In this document: positions 54,582 to 64,000 of the stretch, piece by piece
How positions within the stretch are numbered: position 1 is the stretch's first letter
Layout of the letters: every line of letters begins with the position of its first letter
Assembly: GCA_964016885.1 (NCBI GenBank)
Contig: OZ024766.1
Span: 16,678,001 to 16,742,000 of the forward strand
Direction: 5' to 3'
DNA: 64,000 nucleotides
Source of the DNA: Eledone cirrhosa
Taxonomy: Eukaryota
The notes under the pieces: model-generated
Databases searched by the model: none
What the model saw: only the letters and a program-made list of their open reading frames with translations
What the model was told of the DNA's origin: nothing
Translations under genes and position numbers: made by a program

Positions 54582-55921
54582 GACAGTCATGATAACAATA
54601 TATTTTATATCACATGTAACAGTGGAATCTAGTTAATTACTGAATCGTTGTAAGGTTCACATAATTATATTATTTACACACATTAATATAGACATTAAGT
54701 AAATCTTTGTCAACTTACCTCCTTCACATATAATCAATGTATTGTGTTGTTAGTTGTTACTAAACAACCAAAGAAATAATCTCTTTGTTATCAAATTAGA
54801 AGTTTCAATGTTATCAGCTTTATTTCACGACATTAACGTTGGTGTATCTTCTTCATCTTTAGTCATAAATTGATATCTTGTCAGAATGAAGTAGTGAGGC
54901 TGACTTTATGTCTTTAGCTACAGATTTGTTGGAAATATATATATATTAGGTTGATATGTGGTCTAAAATATATATATTGTCTATAAATGACTGAGAGCAG
55001 ATGTTCTGGTGAAATAGTAGTTTTACTACTACAGATTGTAATGGAACTCTTAGTAAACACAATTGTAAAGTAAGAATAGATATGACAGTGTAAGACTGAT
55101 GTCGGGGAATTAAAATTGTGTGTGTGTATATATATATAATTGTTACACAAGATATAATTAGATTAATTAAAGTTATCACGAAGACAGCAGGTACTCGGTG
55201 TCTTAGCGAATGTTTCGACTCTCGTACGGTGTCAAACGTGAAAAGTCCCTGACATAATTTAGTACCTTCACACACATTTCCAGTCGTATTTAATTCTATA
55301 GTGATGTGATTTATTAAAAAGAAATGTGATAATTGTTTCTACTTTTGGCACAAGGCCAGCAATTACCCTAGTGTATTACTGGTACTATATTTTATCGACC
55401 CTGTAATAATTGTTTCTACATTAGGCACAAGGCCAGCAATACCCCAGTACATTACTGGTACTTTATTTTACCGACCCCGTAGGGATGAAAGGCAAAGCTA
55501 ACCTCTGAGGGATTAACTTTGCTTTTCATCCTCATCTCTATACATATAGAAAATGGACAGAGTGTGTACTTCACTGAAACCACTGCTCATCAGTTGACAC
55601 CAGCATCACCTGACACTACTCTAACTGCTTTTTTGAAACACTGCCAGAATAAAGAATTTGTTCGATCCCTCCTATATGCTGACATCCCAAAATACTACAC
55701 CTGGACCAATTTTAAGACTTGGAATCAAAGGAAGCAGGGTCATTTAGTGGAAGGTGATGAAGTCAAGGCAAGTGATGCTATTGGGCATGTTTACAATGAC
55801 CACCCCAACAACAGAGAGAGTTTTTATTTACAGCCACTTCTGCATATTGTTCAAGGACCAACGTCATTTGGGGATCTCAGGTGATTTGGTGGGAGAGTGC
55901 AGCACATCCCAAGAAGCATAC

Positions 55922-58900
55922 TATGGACACCTGTATGACAACTGACATTGGAAGAAGAGACAAGAAGGAGCAGTCACTGGAGTAGCCAGTTAAATAAGAC
56001 AGCCATGGACACCTGTATGACAACTGACATTGGAAGAAGAGACTAGAAGGAGCAGTCACTGGAGTAGCCAGTTAAATAAGACAGCCATGGACTTCTGTAT
56101 GACAACTGACATTGGAAGAAGAGACTAGAAGGAGCAGTCACTGGAGTAGCGAGTTAAATAAGACAGCCATGGACTCCTGTATGACAACTGACATTGGAAG
56201 AAGAGACTAGAAGGAGCAGTCACTGGAGTAGCCAGTTAAATAAGACAGCCATGGACTTCTGTATGACAACTGACATTGGCAGAAGTGACTAGAAGGAGCA
56301 GTCACTGGAGTAGCCACTTAAATAAGACAGTCATGGACTCCTGTATGACAACTAACATTCGAAGAAGGGACTAGAAGGAGCAGTCACTGGAGTAGCCAGC
56401 TAAATAAGACAGCCATGGACACCTGTATGACAACTGACATTGGAAGAAGGGACTAGAAGGAGCAGTCACTGGAGTAGCCAGTTAAATAAGACAGCCATGG
56501 ACTTCTGTATGACAACTGAGATTGGAAGAAGAGACTAGAAGGAGCAGTCACTGGAGTAGCGAGTTAAATAAGACAGCCATGGACTCCTGTATGACAACTG
56601 ACATTGGAAGAAGAGACTAGAAGGAGCAGTCACTGGAGTAGCCAGTTAAATAAGACAGCCATGGACTTCTGTATGACAACTGACATTGGCAGAAGTGACT
56701 AGAAGGAGCAGTCACTGGAGTAGCCACTTAAATAAGACAGTCATGGACTCCTGTATGACAACTAACATTCGAAGAAGGGACTAGAAGGAGCAGTCACTGG
56801 AGTAGCCAGCTAAATAAGACAGCCATGGACACCTGTATGACAACTGACATTGGAAGAAGGGACTAGAAGGAGCAGTCACTGGAGTAGCCAGTTAAATAAG
56901 ACAGCCATGGACTTCTGTATGACAACTGAGATTGGAAGAAGAGACTAGAAGGAGCAGTCACTGGAGTAGCGAGTTAAATAAGACAGCCATGGACTCCTGT
57001 ATGACAACTGACATTGGAAGAAGAGACTAGAAGGAGCAGTCACTGGAGTAGCCAGTTAAATAAGACAGCCATGGACTTCTGTATGACAACTGACATTGGC
57101 AGAAGTGACTAGAAGGAGCAGTCACTGGAGTAGCCACTTAAATAAGACAGTCATGGACTCCTGTATGACAACTAACATTCGAAGAAGGGACTAGAAGGAG
57201 CAGTCACTGGAGTAGCCAGCTAAATAAGACAGCCATGGACACCTGTATGACAACTGACATTGGAAGAAGGGACTAGAAGGAGCAGTCACTGGAATAGCCA
57301 GTTAAATAAGACAGCCATGGACTCCTGTATGACAACTGACATTGGAAAGAGAGACTAGAAGGAGCAGTCACTGGAGTAGCCAGTTAAATAAGACAGCCAT
57401 GGACTTCTGTATGACAACTGACATTGGCAGAAGTGACTAGAAGGAGCAGTCACTGGAGTAGCCACTTAAATAAGACAGTCATGGACTCCTGTATGACAAC
57501 TAACATTCGAAGAAGGGACTAGAAGGAGCAGTCACTGGAGTAGCCAGCTAAATAAGACAGCCATGGACACCTGTATGACAACTGACATTGGAAGAAGGGA
57601 CTAGAAGGAGCAGTCACTGGAGTAGCCAGTTAAATAAGACAGCCATGGACTTCTGTATGACAACTGAGATTGGAAGAAGAGACTAGAAGGAGCAGTCACT
57701 GGAGTAGCGAGTTAAATAAGACAGCCATGGACTCCTGTATGACAACTGACATTGGAAGAAGAGACTAGAAGGAGCAGTCACTGGAGTAGCCAGTTAAATA
57801 AGACAGCCATGGACTTCTGTATGACAACTGACATTGGCAGAAGTGACTAGAAGGAGCAGTCACTGGAGTAGCCACTTAAATAAGACAGTCATGGACTCCT
57901 GTATGACAACTAACATTCGAAGAAGGGACTAGAAGGAGCAGTCACTGGAGTAGCCAGCTAAATAAGACAGCCATGGACACCTGTATGACAACTGACATTG
58001 GAAGAAGGGACTAGAAGGAGCAGTCACTGGAATAGCCAGTTAAATAAGACAGCCATGGACTCCTGTATGACAACTGACATTGGAAAGAGAGACTAGAAGG
58101 AGCAGTCACTGGAGTAGCCAGTTAAATAAGACAGTCATGGACACCTGTATGACAACTAACATTGGAAGAAGGGACTAGAAGGAGCAGTCACTGGAGTAGC
58201 CAGTTAAATAAGACAGCCATGGACACCTGTATGACAACTAACATTGGAAGAAGGGACTAGAAGGAGCAGTCACTGGAGTAGCCAGTTAAATAAGACAGCC
58301 ATGGACTTCTGTATGACAACTGAGATTGGAAGAAGGGACTAGAAGGAGCAGTCACTGGAGTAGCCAGTTAAATAAGACAGCCATGGACACCTGTATGACA
58401 ACTAACATTGGAAGAAGGGACTAGAAGGAGCAGTCACTGGAGTAGCCAGTTAAATAAGACAGCCATGGACTTCTGTATGACAACTGAGATTGGAAGAAGG
58501 GACTAGAAGGAGCAGTCACTGGAGTAGCCAGTTAAATAAGACAGCCATGGACTCCTGTATGACAACTGACATTGGATGAAGGGACTAGAAGGAGCAGTCA
58601 CTGGAGTAGCCAGTTAAATAAGACAGCCATGGACACCTGTATGACAACTGACATTGGAAAAAGGGACTAGAAGGAGTAGTCACTGGAGTAGCCAGTTAAA
58701 TAAGACAGCCATGGACTCCTGTATGACAACTGACATTGGAAGAAGGGACTAGAGGGAGCAGTCACTGGAGTGGCCAATTAAATAAGACAGCCATGGACAC
58801 CTGTATGACAACTGACATTGGAAGAAGAGACTAGAAGGAGCAGTCACTGGAGTAGCCAGTTAAATAAGACAGCCATGGACTCCTGTATGACAACTGACAT

Positions 58901-59351
58901 TGGAAGAAGAGACTAGAAGGAGCAGTCACTGGAGGGGCCAGTTAAATAAGACAGCCATCGACACATGTATGACAACTGACATTGGAATAAGGGACTAGAG
59001 GGAGCAGTCACAGGAGTGGCCAATTAAATAAGACAGCCATGGACACCTGTATGACAACTGACATTGGAAGAAGGGACTAGAAGGAGCAGTCACTGGAGTA
59101 GCCAGTTAAATAAGACAGCCATGGACTCCTGTATGACAACTGACATTGGAATAAGAGACTAGAAGGAGCAGTCACTGGAGTGGCCAATTAAATAAGACAG
59201 CCATGGACACCTGTATGACAACTGACATTGGAAGAAGGGACTAGAAGGAGCAGTCACTGGGGTAGCCAGTTAAATAAGACAGCCATGGACACCTGTATGA
59301 CAACTGACATTGGAAGAAGGGACTAGAAGGAGCAGTCAGTTAAATAAGACA
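55922..59351 (+). repeat. Satellite B, ~42 units with 5-mer higher-order structure
   Basis: Same 82-bp unit; variant markers recur every 410 bp. Confidence 0.95.
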
Positions 59352-60066
59352 GTTGTTTGCTACTATCCTCACAGCATCTGGAATAAATCTCATCTACCCT
59401 GGTAGGAGCACAAAAACAATATGTCAGACGACTATCTACACCTAGCCCAAAGATGTTATAGCAATATTTATTTGGAATCTACCTCCAGGATTTACAATCA
59501 ATCTCTGTGCAACCTGTCCCATTGAATTCCAGCAATGAATAGCAATGCAGGATGCCAGAGCCAGAAGAAATTGAGGTAATACAATCAGTTTTTCAGGAGA
59601 CAAACCATGATATTGAAGTGTTGCGTAAGTTTGTGGATGAAAATAAACCTTGACTGGTGGATGACCAGAAATATGCCTACCACAACATCATGAAAAACAT
59701 TCAACATGACAGTACCCAGTACTCACTGTAAGTGAGGTTGGCGTTAAGACGGGCATCCATCTTTAGAAATCAAGCCAGAATCAGTTCCCGTCCCACCCTT
59801 GCAAGCAGGGAGAAAGCGGACGTGAAATGAAATGATGATGAATGATGATGTCCCTCCCATATTTTCAATAATGTCACTTTGACGAACCTAAAGATAAATA
59901 ACAGAAAAACAGACCCTAAAATATATTTTCCGTGCTATTTCCAACTTCACCTTTTCTCTATATATAGAGAGAGCGCGAGGAGAATTTGTCATGTCTTCAT
60001 TACATAGGTGCTATTTTAAATAAACATCTTTTAACGGTCTGTTCTGCTATATTTTACTTTTCCACG

Positions 60067-60102
<36 letters not shown>

Positions 60103-61943
60103 AACTAGAAATTGATTGACATATAAATAAACATATGAAACAATCACAGGGGATAATTTGTAAAAGTGTGTAAGCAGACATAGCTAGGTAGGTAACTAAA
60201 TAAAGTTTAACTAGAACTTCAAAGATAGATACCTTAGAAAATGATTAATCTTCCTTGTATATATTCCATTAAAGAAATATATTTCACCAATTAATCGATT
60301 GGTAAACGACAGTAGCCAGATCTTGGATTCTCAACAAGGAAGAAGTCCAACCATCTGTGTTTACGCATCAAGTTCAAATCAGCGACTGACCAGTAACACG
60401 TGCTGTATCTACTAAAAATACACACATCATACCAGCTTCGTCCCAGTTGCGTGAATAGGGTTATTGACAACTGGAAACAGCAGTCAGGTCCTTTCAACAG
60501 AGTTAGCTCTACAATTAAGAGGCCCTATTTATATATATATATATCCAAAATTAAGATAAATTAAAATGAAATTAATCTGAATCGTATCATGGGTGTCATG
60601 CCAATAAGACAGGCGCCATATCGCTCATAAAATAAGCTCCATGGACCTTATTTTACGAGTGATATGGCACATGTCTTTCTGTCATGACACCCATAATTTG
60701 ATATAGATTAATTTTATTTATCTTAATTTTGGATATATATATATATATACAGAGAAAGAGAAGAGTAGACAAACAGACAATGACAAAGAAGAGGAATTAA
60801 CCCCACACCCCCAGTATTTCACTGGTATTTCATTTATTGACCTCAAAATAACGAAGCAACTTTACCTCAGTGGGATTTGTACTCTGAGAACTAGAACAGA
60901 CACTGAAAATACATCAAGATGTGCACACACGTATATAAGAACACATAAACATACACATACATATACACACACATATATACACAAATAAAGATAGTCATTT
61001 TCATGGACAGAAATTTCTACACACTGACATATACACTCATACATATGTATATATATATATAGGAAAATGTTTAACCCCGACGGCAGAGCTCAAGCCATTT
61101 CGACGGTTATTTCTGGACTGTTTCCAGAAATAGCAGTCGAAACAGATTGAGCTCTGCCGTCGGGGTTAAACATTTTCCTATTACCCGCTCTACTACCCTA
61201 AGTATTGAGTACTCTGGTGCGTATATGGTCCATCTGGTTCTTTACCACACCTCCTTTGTTATATATATATATAAAATCATAAGAAACGAAAGGAGTTGTG
61301 TGGTTACTGTAAACAAAGTTTAAGATGGTAATATGGATGAAAGGAGAGAAGAAACCCTTCATCAGCTGTAAACCGAGATCATAGATGTTTTGGCACATAT
61401 ATATATATAGTGTTTGTAAATTCTGTACCATACAGATTTGTCAGCATAAGTCTTGGTTACAACTTCTACAAATAAAATGAAAGGAGAATAATTTCAGAAC
61501 AAACAAGTTTTATTCAAAACATTAAGAACATTGGTGGCACTATTTTGGGTGAGTGATATGGTTTTTATCTTGTCTGATTGTGTTTGTGTTCCATTAAGTA
61601 ACCTTATGTTGGTACCACAACATTTAGAAAATGATTTACCACAGACAACACAGTGATATGGTTCCTCTCCTGTATATGTTAGTGTCTAGTAAAGTCACAA
61701 CATTTAGAGAAGGATTTATCACAGACATCACAGTGATATGGTTCCTCTCCTGTATATGTTAGTGTCTAGTGAAGCCACATTTAGAGAAGGATTTAATGCA
61801 GATATCACAGTGATATGGTTCCTCTCCTGTATATGTTAGTGTGTAGGGAAGCCACAACATTTAGAGAATGATTTACTGCAGATATCACAGTGATATGGTT
61901 CCTTTTCTGTAAATGTTAGTGCTGAGTGAAGTGACTTATTTCA

Positions 61944-62078
<135 letters not shown>

Positions 62079-62215
62079 TTATGTTTGTATGTAGTTAATG
62101 TAGCAATACAAGAGAATAATTTCTCCGCAATATCACAGTTGTATGACTTCTCACTCATATGAATGTATTTGTGTCTAATTAATTTACAATTTTGAGACAA
62201 TGAGATATGACTTTG

Positions 62216-63997
62216 TTATGGTTTCTTACCTGTATGGGTATATTTGTGTTTAGTTAAACTACTTAATTGAGAGAATGATTTACTACAGATATCACAGTGA
62301 TGTGGCTTCTCACCTGTATGGATACGTAAGTGTTGAGTTAAGTAACTTCTTCGAGAGAATGATTTACCACAGATATGACAGTGATATGGCTTCTCTCCTG
62401 TATGAGTACGTATGTGAGAATTTATATTACTACTAAAAGAGAATGATTTACCACAGATATCACAGTGATATGGTTTCTCTACTGTATGTATACGTTTGTG
62501 TGTAGTTAAGTTACCACTTCTAGAGAATGATTTACCACAGATATCACAGTGATATGGCTTGTCACCTGTATGGGTACGGATGTGATAAGTTAATATACTA
62601 CTTAGAGAGAATGATTGACCACAGATATCACAGCGATATGGTTTCTCTCCTGTATGTATACTTTTGTGACTAGTTAAATTACTATTAACAAAGAATGATT
62701 TACCACAGATATCACAGTGATAAGGCTTGTCTCCTGTATGAGTACGTATGTGAGAAGTTAAATTACTACTAAAAGAGAATGATTTACCACAGATATCACA
62801 GTGATATGGCTTCTCTCCTGTATGTATATGTTTGTGTGTAGTTAAATGACTACTTCGAGAGAATGAATTACCACAGATATCACAGTGATATGGTTTCTCT
62901 CCTGTATGTATACGTTTGTGTCTAGTTAAGCTACCACTTTCAGAGAATGATTTACCACAGATATCACAGTGATATGGCTTCTCACCTGTATGTGTACGTT
63001 TGTGTCTAGTTAATTCACTATTAACAAAGAATGATTTACCACAGATATCACAGCGATATGGTTTCTCACCTATATGTATAAGCATGTGGTTAGTTAATAT
63101 ACTACTTTTAGAGAATGATTTACCACAGATATCACAGTTATATGGTTTGTTTCCTGTATGGGTACTTTTGTGGCTAGTTAAGGTATCACTGTGAGAGAAT
63201 GATTTACCACAGACATCACAGTGATATGGCTTATCACCTGTATGGGTACGGATGTGACAAGTTAATATACTACTTCGAGAGAATGATTTACCACAGATAT
63301 CACAGTGATATGGTTTATCACCTATATGTATACGCACGTGGCTAGTTAAATTACTCCTAAAAGAGAATGATTTACTACAGATATCACAGTGATATGGCTT
63401 CTCACCTGTATGTGTACGTTTGTGTCTAGTTAATTCACTATTAACAAAGAATGATTTACCACAGATATCACAGTGATATGGCTTCTCACCTGTATGTATA
63501 CGCATGTGGCTATTTAAATTACCATTAACAAAGAATGATTTACCACAGATATCACAGTGATATGGCTTCTCTCCTGTATGTGTACGTTTGTGGCTAGTTA
63601 AGGTACTACTTTGAGAGAATGATTCACCACAGATATCACAGTGATATGGCTTCTCACCTGTATGTATACGCATGTGGCTAGTTAATTTACTATTAACAAA
63701 GAATGATTTATCACAGACATCACAGTGATATGGCTTCTCTACTGTATGTGTACGTTTGTGGCTTGTTAAATTACCATTAACAAAGAATGATTTACCACAG
63801 ATATCACAGTGATATGGCTTCTCTACTGTATGTATACGTTTGTGACTAGTTAATTTACTACTTTCAGAGAATGATTTACCACAAACATCACAGTGATATG
63901 GCTTCTCTCCTCTATCCTTTGACATCTCTTCTGTAATAGCCATATCTTTAGACATTGTTTCACATTTAATCTTCTTTTCACTCAATTTATTTTCCAT
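62216..63997 (-). CDS. C2H2 zinc-finger protein ZNF-7 (20 fingers, near-identical to ZNF-4)
   Basis: 593-aa ORF; three amino-acid differences from ZNF-4 seen by eye. Confidence 0.95.
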   Translation of the reverse strand: MENKLSEKKIKCETMSKDMAITEEMSKDRGEKPYHCDVCGKSFSESSKLTSHKRIHTVEKPYHCDICGKSFFVNGNLTSHKRTHTVEKPYHCDVCDKSFFVNSKLTSHMRIHTGEKPYHCDICGESFSQSSTLTSHKRTHTGEKPYHCDICGKSFFVNGNLNSHMRIHTGEKPYHCDICGKSFFVNSELTRHKRTHTGEKPYHCDICSKSFSFRSNLTSHVRIHIGDKPYHCDICGKSFSRSSILTCHIRTHTGDKPYHCDVCGKSFSHSDTLTSHKSTHTGNKPYNCDICGKSFSKSSILTNHMLIHIGEKPYRCDICGKSFFVNSELTRHKRTHTGEKPYHCDICGKSFSESGSLTRHKRIHTGEKPYHCDICGNSFSRSSHLTTHKHIHTGEKPYHCDICGKSFSFSSNLTSHIRTHTGDKPYHCDICGKSFFVNSNLTSHKSIHTGEKPYRCDICGQSFSLSSILTYHIRTHTGDKPYHCDICGKSFSRSGNLTTHKRIHTVEKPYHCDICGKSFSFSSNINSHIRTHTGEKPYHCHICGKSFSRRSYLTQHLRIHTGEKPHHCDICSKSFSQLSSLTKHKYTHTGKKP

Positions 63998-64000
63998 AAT

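Overview
Eukaryotic, AT-rich DNA, most consistent with an octopus/coleoid cephalopod genome (inferred from gene and repeat types, not verified). The window is a head-to-tail tandem array of seven minus-strand C2H2 zinc-finger genes with 11, 17, 15, 20, 7, 5+partial and 20 fingers. Each has a shared 33-aa leader and no recognisable effector domain, and each sits in a 6-18 kb duplicated unit. A complete unit contains: two long palindromes (MITE-like), a 3'UTR made of decayed fingers, one coding exon, an intron holding an old RTE-LINE relic, a tRNA-SINE and a 115-bp satellite, a non-coding first exon, tandem SINE-tail repeats, and a decayed Helitron RepHel fragment from which an 82-bp satellite has been amplified. 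The first unit also carries a GC-rich Ty3/Gypsy LTR retrotransposon (with a clear -1 frameshift/pseudoknot signal and unusual ends) and a 5'-truncated RTE LINE. Units differ by finger shuffling, satellite copy number and deletions; one deletion removes a gene's first exon and another fuses a coding finger to a 3'UTR relic finger.
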